Positions 48,992-57,317 of a stretch of 64,000 bases of DNA are shown here, one piece after another; within the stretch, counting starts at the first letter, position 1, and each line of letters begins with the position of its first letter. A program made the position numbers and the translations under genes. The notes beneath the pieces are model-generated. The model worked only from the letters and a program-made list of their open reading frames with translations. It did no database searches and was not told the origin of the DNA. This DNA comes from a virus. The stretch is from IMG/VR virus record IMGVR_UViG_3300027752_001458, positions 1 through 64,000 of that record. One strand, 5' to 3'.

Positions 48992-50759
48992 AATTAAAAA
49001 TGTAACAGCCAAGAACTTTATGAGTGTAGGTAACAACTTGCAAGCCGTAACGTTCGATACTGATTCATTGACATTAGTGTTAGGTCATAACTTAGACCTA
49101 GGTGGCGATGGTAGTAGGAACGGTACAGGTAAGACTACTATTATTAACGCACTCAGCTATGCACTTTACGGCGAGGCACTGACTAACATCAGAAAAGATA
49201 ATCTTATTAATAAGACAAATGGTAAAGGAATGATTACCACTGTTGACTTTGAGATTAAAGGAACTGAGTATAGAATTGAACGTGGTCGAAGACCTAACGT
49301 GTTAAAGTTCTATATCGATGGTAACGAATCGGCTGACAACGAACAGCAAGGTGATATGCGTGAAACTCAAAAAGACATCGAGCGTGTCATTGGGTTCCCA
49401 CATAATATGTTTAAGCATTTAATTGCATTAAACACATACACTGAACCGTTCCTCAGTATGAAAACAAATGACCAACGAGACATGATTGAACAGTTGTTGG
49501 GCATTACTGAAATTAGTTCTAAGGCAGAAGTGCTAAAGGAATTACTCAAGTCTACTAAAGACAGTATTAAAGACGAAGAGTCTAGGATACATGCAGTACA
49601 GAATGCTAACAAACGTATCGAGTCCAGTATTAAAGACATCGAAAGTCGGAGTAAGGCTTGGGGCAGACTCAAAGGAGATAAAGTTCATGGATTGCAAACT
49701 AGTTTAGATACATTAGAACACACTGACATTAAAGCAGAGCTAGACTGTCACAGAAAGATTGTGGATATTAATGAAAAACAAGCAAAGCTAACGGCACTTA
49801 AAACAGACTTGACCACAAGAACAACGTCAATGAATCGAAGTGACAATAAACTTACTACCTTAGAAGCTAACTTAACAAAAGCACTCGAAGGTGTATGTCC
49901 TACATGCGAGCAAGGTACTGCACATTTAAGCACACATGAAAAGTATACTGATGATTTGAGTGAAGAGATTAAAGAAGAGCAACGGTACAATGTTGAGCTA
50001 GTTGATAAAATTAGAGAGATTACTTCTACTATTAAAACACTTGGCAATATTCCTGAGACGCCTATTACGTTTTATAACAAAATGGAAGATGCGTTACAGC
50101 ACAAACATAATGTTGAAACGTTACAGGCACAAATTGAAGAAAAGATTAAAGAAGAAAATCCGTATGTCGAGCAAGTAGATCAACTTAGAACATCGGGTAT
50201 CGAAGAAGTAAGTTATGAATCAATAAACGATTTCACTAGTTTAAAAGAACACCAAGAGTTCTTGCATAAACTATTAACCAGTAAAGACAGTTTTATTCGT
50301 AAAAAGATTATTGACCAAAACTTACAATACTTAAACTACCGACTGAACTACTATTTAGAAAAGTTGGGCTTACCACACGATGTTAAATTTAACAGTGACT
50401 TAACTGTTGATATTACAGAGTACGGTAGAGACTTAGACTTTGATAATTTAAGTAGGGGCGAACGTAACAGACTTATACTAGGTATGAGTTGGGCGTTTAG
50501 AGACATTTACGAAAGTCTTAACCAGCCTATGAACTTGATGTGTATCGACGAACTAGTAGATAGTGGCATGGACACAACAGGTGTCGAGAATGCACTAGCA
50601 GTTCTTAAGAAGATGGGCCGAGAGTCAAACAAGAATGTATTCCTTATTTCGCACAAAGAAGAATTACAAGGGCGTGTTAACAATGTCTTGTATGTTGTTA
50701 AAGAAGGAGGATTCACTAGTTACAGTAATGACATAGAAATCCTTGATGAGAATACGTGA
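48984..50759 (+). CDS. gp46: Recombination ATPase subunit (Rad50/SbcC-like)
   Basis: Walker A NGTGKTT, zinc hook CPTC, signature LSRGE, Walker B IDE, ISH. Probable TTG start at 48984. Confidence 0.93.
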   Translation: MLKIKNVTAKNFMSVGNNLQAVTFDTDSLTLVLGHNLDLGGDGSRNGTGKTTIINALSYALYGEALTNIRKDNLINKTNGKGMITTVDFEIKGTEYRIERGRRPNVLKFYIDGNESADNEQQGDMRETQKDIERVIGFPHNMFKHLIALNTYTEPFLSMKTNDQRDMIEQLLGITEISSKAEVLKELLKSTKDSIKDEESRIHAVQNANKRIESSIKDIESRSKAWGRLKGDKVHGLQTSLDTLEHTDIKAELDCHRKIVDINEKQAKLTALKTDLTTRTTSMNRSDNKLTTLEANLTKALEGVCPTCEQGTAHLSTHEKYTDDLSEEIKEEQRYNVELVDKIREITSTIKTLGNIPETPITFYNKMEDALQHKHNVETLQAQIEEKIKEENPYVEQVDQLRTSGIEEVSYESINDFTSLKEHQEFLHKLLTSKDSFIRKKIIDQNLQYLNYRLNYYLEKLGLPHDVKFNSDLTVDITEYGRDLDFDNLSRGERNRLILGMSWAFRDIYESLNQPMNLMCIDELVDSGMDTTGVENALAVLKKMGRESNKNVFLISHKEELQGRVNNVLYVVKEGGFTSYSNDIEILDENT

Positions 50760-51181
50760 GCCAGTGGACATATAAAGGTAAACAAGTAGACGAGCTACCG
50801 ACAGACTGCGAAGCATTTGTTTACCTAATCACAAACTTAACTAGCGATAAGAAGTACGTTGGTAAAAAGTTAGCAAAGTTCAAAACAACCAAGCCTCCCT
50901 TAAAGGGAAAGAAGAATAAACGCCGTGGCACTAAAGAAAGTGACTGGCGTACATATTGGGGCAGTTCGGATCACTTAAATGCTGATGTGTTAGAGCTAGG
51001 CGAAGATAAGTTTACAAGAGAAATATTGCATTATTGCCCAACTAGAGGCATAGCAAGTTACATCGAAGCAGAAGAACAATTTAATCGAAATGTTCTCTTG
51101 ACAGATGAGTATTATAATGGTATAATAAACGTCAGAGTAGGCGGTTCAAAAATACTAAAGGAACATTTTGGAAAGACATAA
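50756..51181 (+). CDS. Small GIY-YIG-like endonuclease
   Basis: AFVYLITN...KKYVGKK, Y.GSS, F.REIL, E..YYN motifs. Confidence 0.75.
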   Translation: MSQWTYKGKQVDELPTDCEAFVYLITNLTSDKKYVGKKLAKFKTTKPPLKGKKNKRRGTKESDWRTYWGSSDHLNADVLELGEDKFTREILHYCPTRGIASYIEAEEQFNRNVLLTDEYYNGIINVRVGGSKILKEHFGKT

Positions 51182-51189
51182 CTATATAT

Positions 51190-51704
51190 TGAACATGGCA
51201 CACACCGACACCCAGTCTCGCTAATAAAAACGATCCCAGACACAAAGTCAAACTAATAAAGTACAACACATAGGACTATGCACCAGCCCCAACCGAGGCC
51301 AATATCGGACTCTTCGACAAACCTGAACAAGGTGCGAGAATTAGAGATGCATAGCGGTAAAGATACGACACATACGAAAAACTGTATTAGAAGGATGTAG
51401 GCACTGAGAAAAAGCAACCTACAAGTTTGTATAACTAAACTCTACAAGGTTATACAAATTTCCGTGAGATGAGACGGTAGTGTATGGGGACAGAAAGCTC
51501 ACTGGTTCCTTTAAGCACCCGAGTTAGAGATGATGATGGCTCATATGATGACAATATGACCGAACAGCTTCTCCTTGCAATAGGAGAAGTATGACTCCAA
51601 CTATATGATAACTTTAAATTACTTCTTTAATTTAAAAAAGTTACTTCAAGAACTGAAATGAATGAAATGATTGAAGTTAGTAGAAGTAAAGATACGAAGT
51701 ATCT
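51190..51704. other. ~520-bp non-coding, highly structured element (candidate ncRNA or replication origin)
   Basis: No ORF of 60 aa or more, about 10 inverted-repeat stems, one pair of 22-bp direct repeats. Confidence 0.6.
51207..51260 (+). repeat. Two 22-bp imperfect direct repeats, 32-bp period
   Basis: GACACCCAGTCTCGCTAATAAA (51207-51228) and GACACAAAGTCAAACTAATAAA (51239-51260), 17/22 identical. Confidence 0.6.
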
Positions 51705-52221
51705 ATAAAGTATTAAACAATTCAACAGTATCTCTGTAAGACAAACGTAAATTAACTGTATACAAATAAAAGTCTTTGTTTAATGAATGTAATGAAGCTC
51801 CATGGAATTTAGTTACGTCTAGTATACACACTTCACCTGGATGTAACATTTTATTGTGTTCTGAGTCTTTATGTATTATTTCAATTGGAACATCTTCTAA
51901 GTTAAACATTATATTAGTTTTTCTTGTTAGAGGGTTCTTCCATCCCATTAACCAATCCTGATGTAGTTTCACCATTGTACCTTGCTTAACAGTTTCTATT
52001 GCTACACTATGCTCCGCAATGTCTAACGGCAACGGAGTAGCGTCTATTATTTGTTGTTGTAGGCTTTGAGGCATGTCGCGGAGTAAAAAAATGTGCTGAT
52101 CCATTTCAGCACGGTCTTCTACTAAATGAAACTCACTAGCCTCTTTGAACTGCGTTATAGGTTCAACAAGTTGTCGCATTGCGTCAACATCATAGTCCCA
52201 CTTTAAAATTGTGCTATACAT
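51703..52221 (-). CDS. Cupin/2OG-Fe(II) oxygenase-like protein
   Basis: LHQD...R.TNI...LDVTKFHG (HxD...H). Confidence 0.55.
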   Translation of the reverse strand: MYSTILKWDYDVDAMRQLVEPITQFKEASEFHLVEDRAEMDQHIFLLRDMPQSLQQQIIDATPLPLDIAEHSVAIETVKQGTMVKLHQDWLMGWKNPLTRKTNIMFNLEDVPIEIIHKDSEHNKMLHPGEVCILDVTKFHGASLHSLNKDFYLYTVNLRLSYRDTVELFNTL

Positions 52222-52652
52222 TCGCTGTAGAACATCCTATTATTGACTGTTACAAACTCAGCTTTGAAGGGATTTTCGCGGTTATCACACCCATGTTCTT
52301 TAGTAGTATCTATTATAAAGAACTCGCCTACTTGTATAGTGTGGTCTTCTATTACACCATTATTAGTGTGCTGTACTGTAGCAGGCCCCTCTCCCACGTT
52401 AATCAGTATATTACTGTTTCTCCCACCGATATCTATGTGCAAGTGCAGTTGATCATGTTCCATAATATACTCTAATCCCACGTGGTGTAACGGCTCAATA
52501 TGGTACTTTTCGATGAAGTCAGCAGGCATCCTGCTCCATAACTGCTGGGCAGAATACAGCTTTTGGCGAATCTTCCTAAGCTGTACTACGCTACTCAGCA
52601 TCTTGTCTGTACGCAAAAACTCGAGGAATTGCTTAAATTCTATACTTTCCAT
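52203..52652 (-). CDS. Cupin/2OG-Fe(II) oxygenase-like protein
   Basis: LHID..RNSNI...IDTTKEHG (HxD...H); paralog of the adjacent gene; TAAATA-N5-ATG upstream. Confidence 0.55.
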   Translation of the reverse strand: MESIEFKQFLEFLRTDKMLSSVVQLRKIRQKLYSAQQLWSRMPADFIEKYHIEPLHHVGLEYIMEHDQLHLHIDIGGRNSNILINVGEGPATVQHTNNGVIEDHTIQVGEFFIIDTTKEHGCDNRENPFKAEFVTVNNRMFYSECIAQF

Positions 52653-52696
52653 ACCAGTATTTACCTAATTAGGAGCCAGAAAGAATGGTAAAAAGG

Positions 52697-52725
52697 TTGA
52701 CTTTGGTACTAGATACCAGTATAAT
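52697..52725 (+). promoter_or_regulatory. Sigma70-type early promoter
   Basis: TTGACT-N17-TATAAT with an A-rich upstream element. Confidence 0.8.
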
Positions 52726-52758
52726 ACATGTATATTAAGCAAATAAGGAAAGAGAACT

Positions 52759-53226
52759 ATGTACAATATATACCAAATCAAACTAAGCGAAGCAGTATAC
52801 AACTTTGTTAACGGTCCAGAAGGCGGACACACAAAGACTGCTGAAAAGTACCCAGAGTACAACACTCATATGGAAGTAATGCACAAGGGTTCAAAAGGAT
52901 ATACTCCTGAGATGTTTGCACATTACACTAAGGTTTGTGAGGTTGCTAACTTTGAACCTTCAGATCAAATTCTAGAAGAAGTGTTTAAAATCTTAAACGG
53001 TTACTACTTCGATGAAGAGACTGAGACAGACGAGACATTTGATGCTTTCGTTAGTGGTTTTAAAATGAAGACAGTCACTCGCAAGAACGGTGAAGTTGTA
53101 ACTTTCAGAGACATGCATTCACTATCACTTGGTGACATTGTTGAAGACACTTCAACTGGTGAGTTCCACATGGTAGACGGCATGGGCTTTAAGCAAATTC
53201 AAACTAAAATAGCGGAGTTAGTGTAA
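52759..53226 (+). CDS. YodL-like domain protein
   Basis: N-terminal YNIYQIK, LEEVFKILN, C-terminal MHSLSLGDIV...FHMVDGMGF. Confidence 0.6.
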   Translation: MYNIYQIKLSEAVYNFVNGPEGGHTKTAEKYPEYNTHMEVMHKGSKGYTPEMFAHYTKVCEVANFEPSDQILEEVFKILNGYYFDEETETDETFDAFVSGFKMKTVTRKNGEVVTFRDMHSLSLGDIVEDTSTGEFHMVDGMGFKQIQTKIAELV

Positions 53227-53457
53227 ATGGCTGTTAAGACTAAAAAGTATGTGCGTATTGATTCATACAACGACTTGTTAATGCCACTTGAGGTGTTTGA
53301 GCGTGTTGCTGATCAAATTATGTTTGTGCGAACTGTATACGAAGACGGTGCAACACACCTTTCTGAGATAACTGAAATTGATAAGTTTCACTTGCACACT
53401 CCTGCAGAAGTTGAAAATTTACTGATGCACGACAAGTTGAGTAAATCGAATGATTGA
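53227..53457 (+). CDS. Hypothetical protein
   Basis: 76-aa ORF with a GGAG RBS. Confidence 0.7.
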   Translation: MAVKTKKYVRIDSYNDLLMPLEVFERVADQIMFVRTVYEDGATHLSEITEIDKFHLHTPAEVENLLMHDKLSKSND

Positions 53458-53764
53458 TATATTACAAGAAGTAACAGACTGGGGCAAGTACTCAGTTAAC
53501 AACGGCATTTATCATGTGAACGGTGCAGGACAGTTAGTTGCATATAAGCCATCAGATGATGCTGAACTTAAAACGTTTATTAACCCATTAAAGCAGTTTA
53601 GCAAAAGTAGACGTAAGTTTGTTAAGCTCGGGCAAGTAGAAGAGCAGTTAGCAGATGACGTTATTGTTGTACAAGGCAGTAACGGAAAAACTTACACAAT
53701 CCAAGATGGCAAATGTAGTTGCCCTGGTTACACTTACAGAGGAGATTGTAAACATGTTAAATAA
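53450..53764 (+). CDS. SWIM zinc-finger protein
   Basis: GSNGKTYTI..CSCPGYTYRGDCKH. Confidence 0.8.
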   Translation: MIDILQEVTDWGKYSVNNGIYHVNGAGQLVAYKPSDDAELKTFINPLKQFSKSRRKFVKLGQVEEQLADDVIVVQGSNGKTYTIQDGKCSCPGYTYRGDCKHVK

Positions 53765-56105
53765 AATTATTAGTGTATCAGCAGTATTATTGTTAGGAGC
53801 ATGTGCAAGCGGCGGTGGGTCATCCCCTGCTCCAGTGACACCTGTAGTATCTACTTCACAAGCAACTACTACACCCACAGACCAACGGCATGCGTTTGAC
53901 ACATGGTCTAAAGTGTTCACTACTAATTTGTCAGGCTACAGTGCTAGTGTAACACAAAAGTATGACATGACGGATTATACCACAACAGGTTTGCCTGCTC
54001 CAACTGAAAAATATAAAATAGCAGACTATGGTTTTTTCCGTTCTACTATTACAGGCAGTCATCCTGGGTTTGACTACGAAGACACAACACCTATTTTAAG
54101 TTTCATGCAACATGGTCAGATTATCAGAGCTGACTTAAATGGCGATGGATGGCAAGACTTTTACTTGGCGAATTGGGTCGGCAATGACAGGTCTGAATTT
54201 GAACCTGACAGTATGTTGTTTGCATTTTTAAATGATGGTGACGGTAACTTTATATTAAGCAACGATTTGTTTCCAGAAGGCAACCCTTGTTTTAGGGGCT
54301 CCGGTTGTGACAACAATACTGAACACCAAAAAGGTTTAGTGGTTGCAGACTTTAATGGAGACGGCATTGACGACATCTATCAAGGCACTACACTTGTGCT
54401 CAGCGACAACGGAAAGTTATACGATAAAGGCGACACCCATTTGCCTATGGCAGAGTTGTTTGAGAAGTGTATGCCTGGTCAATATAACAGTATGTGTTTC
54501 CAGCACGATGCTGATGTAGGCGATGCAGACGGTGACGGTGACATAGACATTTTTATTCCTATCTCGTCAGCACATGTTGATAACTATCCTATGCCTTGGG
54601 CAATGTTAATAAATGACGGCACTGGTAAGTTTACTGCTAATCAAAACTTCCCAACACAGGCGGCAAATGTGTTTGCTACAGCGGCTACTATAGGCGACTT
54701 CGATGGTGACGGACACGGTGATGTTGCTGTTGGGTGGTTTATGACAGCCGAAGCAAAAGCAAATGGCTTTAGCGAAAACTATGACAATAGTGCAGGCACG
54801 GTATTTTGGAATGATGGAAATAATGATTGGAGAAACAGAGCATGGACAGAGCTTCCTGACAACTACTACGGTGCAAACGGAAATGCAAACGACATAAAAG
54901 CATTTGATTTTAACGGAGACGGCTTACTTGATATTATACTTGCGTCTACTAAGCACGAACCATATTACGATGGCAGGGTTGTACAGTTTTTCTTAAACAA
55001 CGGTGATGAGACATTTAGTGATGTTACAAGCACAGTTAATCCAGACACAAAATATGTTAACGGTTTGTGCCCAGACTCAACTGGTCCTTGCTATTGGAAC
55101 GGAGACGGCAACTTAGAAATATTAGACTTTGATGCAGACGGTGATTTAGATATCGTCGACACAGTGTTTGGTACTTATGCGTTAATAAACGAAGACGGCA
55201 CGTTTACAATATACGATGACTTTCCTACTTTTGACGACAGCACATCTTACTACCCAGTAGAAATAGACAACAAGTATTTCTATGACTTTATTGCTTCAAC
55301 TACGGAATACAGCGACACAGAAAGTATCCAAACATTTTATCAAGTGTTAGATCCGCCTTTTGTAAAAATGATGGAAGAGATTACTAACAAGCCTAAAGCA
55401 TACGTTGAAGGTATATTTGAAAGTAAGATGTTGTTTAGCGACTTACGACAGAACCAACGCTCAACCTCATTGTTTGCTACTGATATGGAAACATACGGTA
55501 TGGCAGGAGTGACACACAGAACAGACACGTTCGGATTTAATGCAGGTAAACTTACTGGTGATAACAATGGTAGTTTTGTTGGACTTGACTATGTAAGCAA
55601 TAACATACACGTTGGCATTAACTATGTTAACAACACTATGTCAATGTATAATCCTACAGAATATTACGGCACAGGTTCAGCTGATGTTGACTACGACACT
55701 GTTAGTGTGTTTGCAGAACAAGTGACTTATTTGACAGACACATGGTATACATCATACGGTGTTGAACTTTACCACACTGAAGTAGATAGCTTTACTGAAC
55801 AGAACAGTACACACAATGTTACAGTGGATGCATTTAATATGTCTGACGCAAAACTGTTTGCTGATATTACAGGCAAGTTTAATTCTAAATTAGGCTCAAC
55901 GTTTGTAAGTTTAGGGTATGAAGTTTATCGTGGACTAGGTAGCAGTACTGTTAACTTTGCTGATGTACTAGAGTATGATTCATCGCGTGAACTGGACTTA
56001 GGTAAGATTTCGGTATTACACATGTATAACTCTTTTTATGCAAGAGCTTCTATGAATACAGAAGAGTATAACACTTTTGAAGTTGGTTTTTTAATTAACT
56101 GGTAG
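53754..56105 (+). CDS. Lipoprotein with FG-GAP/VCBS repeats and C-terminal autotransporter-like beta-barrel
   Basis: Start MLNKII at 53754 (GAGGAG RBS). Lipobox LLGAC, about 6 D[FL][ND]GDG..D repeats, C-terminal amphipathic strands ending FEVGFLINW. Confidence 0.75.
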   Translation: MLNKIISVSAVLLLGACASGGGSSPAPVTPVVSTSQATTTPTDQRHAFDTWSKVFTTNLSGYSASVTQKYDMTDYTTTGLPAPTEKYKIADYGFFRSTITGSHPGFDYEDTTPILSFMQHGQIIRADLNGDGWQDFYLANWVGNDRSEFEPDSMLFAFLNDGDGNFILSNDLFPEGNPCFRGSGCDNNTEHQKGLVVADFNGDGIDDIYQGTTLVLSDNGKLYDKGDTHLPMAELFEKCMPGQYNSMCFQHDADVGDADGDGDIDIFIPISSAHVDNYPMPWAMLINDGTGKFTANQNFPTQAANVFATAATIGDFDGDGHGDVAVGWFMTAEAKANGFSENYDNSAGTVFWNDGNNDWRNRAWTELPDNYYGANGNANDIKAFDFNGDGLLDIILASTKHEPYYDGRVVQFFLNNGDETFSDVTSTVNPDTKYVNGLCPDSTGPCYWNGDGNLEILDFDADGDLDIVDTVFGTYALINEDGTFTIYDDFPTFDDSTSYYPVEIDNKYFYDFIASTTEYSDTESIQTFYQVLDPPFVKMMEEITNKPKAYVEGIFESKMLFSDLRQNQRSTSLFATDMETYGMAGVTHRTDTFGFNAGKLTGDNNGSFVGLDYVSNNIHVGINYVNNTMSMYNPTEYYGTGSADVDYDTVSVFAEQVTYLTDTWYTSYGVELYHTEVDSFTEQNSTHNVTVDAFNMSDAKLFADITGKFNSKLGSTFVSLGYEVYRGLGSSTVNFADVLEYDSSRELDLGKISVLHMYNSFYARASMNTEEYNTFEVGFLINW

Positions 56106-56115
56106 GTATTACACT

Positions 56116-56421
56116 TTACTCGGGCGGCATTGATGGAGCATCACCGCCCCAATTAGCTTCACCACCCTCGTTAGACCCCCAATCATCTCCATCGTAACTA
56201 GCACCTTTGTCGCCACCCTTAATTTTATTATATCTATTAAGTGTTTTGATTAGTGTTTCCCGCTCAGCAGGACTAAGATGCCATCCCTCAGTATATGAGA
56301 CAGCCCCTTCGCTAAAAATTGCCAGCTCTGCAACTTGACGAGTGATTAGTTTTTGTTCTTTATCGAGTCTGCCTAGGTAGCCCGTAATTTCTTCAGGCTC
56401 AGCCGATCCTAGGAACCCGTG
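56116..56421 (-). CDS. -1 frame extension of the gp26-like chaperone (gp51-like/GT-type segment), lacking its own ATG
   Basis: 101 open codons, HGFLGSAEPEEITGYLGRLDKEQKLITRQVAELAIFSEGAVSYTEGWHLSPAERETLIKTLNRYNKIKGG...MPPE*, starting at the slippery site T TTT TTC. Confidence 0.75.
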   Translation of the reverse strand, partial: HGFLGSAEPEEITGYLGRLDKEQKLITRQVAELAIFSEGAVSYTEGWHLSPAERETLIKTLNRYNKIKGGDKGASYDGDDWGSNEGGEANWGGDAPSMPPE

Positions 56422-57278
56422 AAAAAATTTACAGGATCAAAGTTAATAGGTGCATCGAATTGGTTATCGCACTTTTCATTTTGACAATCTATATATACTG
56501 ATTGCTTAACACCTTTAGCATTAATCTCATTAACAAACTCTTCAATTTGTTTACCAGTTACACTGTCTGTATTTTCCAGAAACTGCCTAATTTGTTTAAC
56601 GTCACTAACAATGCCGATCTCACCATCTTCATCTGTGTATCGAATTTCTTTCACACTGTCAATTATCATTTCAAAATTTAAGTCTGCTAATTTAACAAAA
56701 CTTGTATTGAATGCTTTTAGACGTTCCATATCATCTGTTAGCTCTGAAATAGCCTGCATACTTCTAGTACTTTGGAAACTGGCTAAACCAGCTTTAATTG
56801 TACTACCATATGTAAACGGCAATGTTACTAACGTAAGACCATTTGAAAGTTCTTTAACATATTCATTTTCAAGTGATTCCATAGTTGCTAATGAACTATC
56901 AATGCTAACCATAACAGTACTTAACTCTTTACAAGTCGGGCACTCTGCGTTAACTGTGACTTCGTCACCGCCACTTGCACCTCGAATAGCAATTAAGATT
57001 GCATCAACGTCTGCACTAAAAAGTAACTTAGGCTTCTTGATTTCAGGAACACATGACTTAATTAAATTAGAAACAGCTTCACCATTTAATAATGCATCTG
57101 GGTTCTTAAGCATCAGTTCGTCTTTAGTAGTCATTGGATAAATTGCAAACTCACCAGATTCTGGTGTTGCACATATATCATCAGTATAAAATTTAGCACT
57201 ACTAGGAATATCTAAATACATCTTAGGTGCTCTAAAGTAAGCACTTAACGGATTACTTTGATTTTTTTGTTCGCTCAT
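56409..57278 (-). CDS. gp26: Baseplate hub/tail assembly chaperone, T4 gp26-like
   Basis: NPLSAYFRAPK, PMTTKDEL.LKNPDALLNG, CPTC and C....C, ends NFF. Confidence 0.8.
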   Translation of the reverse strand: MSEQKNQSNPLSAYFRAPKMYLDIPSSAKFYTDDICATPESGEFAIYPMTTKDELMLKNPDALLNGEAVSNLIKSCVPEIKKPKLLFSADVDAILIAIRGASGGDEVTVNAECPTCKELSTVMVSIDSSLATMESLENEYVKELSNGLTLVTLPFTYGSTIKAGLASFQSTRSMQAISELTDDMERLKAFNTSFVKLADLNFEMIIDSVKEIRYTDEDGEIGIVSDVKQIRQFLENTDSVTGKQIEEFVNEINAKGVKQSVYIDCQNEKCDNQFDAPINFDPVNFFTGS

Positions 57279-57317
57279 TTTTGCTCCATATAATCCTTTG
57301 TGGATTAACTATGTACT

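Noticed and set aside
51195-51224. 9-codon ORF MAHTDTQSR after the nuclease
   Set aside because: Too short, no RBS, and no support for translation
51486-51602. Possible tmRNA/tRNA (GGGGAC... start) or RNase P RNA
   Set aside because: No T-arm GTTCRA with matching acceptor stem and CCA, no tag ORF, no RNase P P4 consensus
51181-51704. Group I intron or CRISPR array
   Set aside because: No flanking split gene, no recognisable P7 core, and only two imperfect repeats with a 10-nt gap
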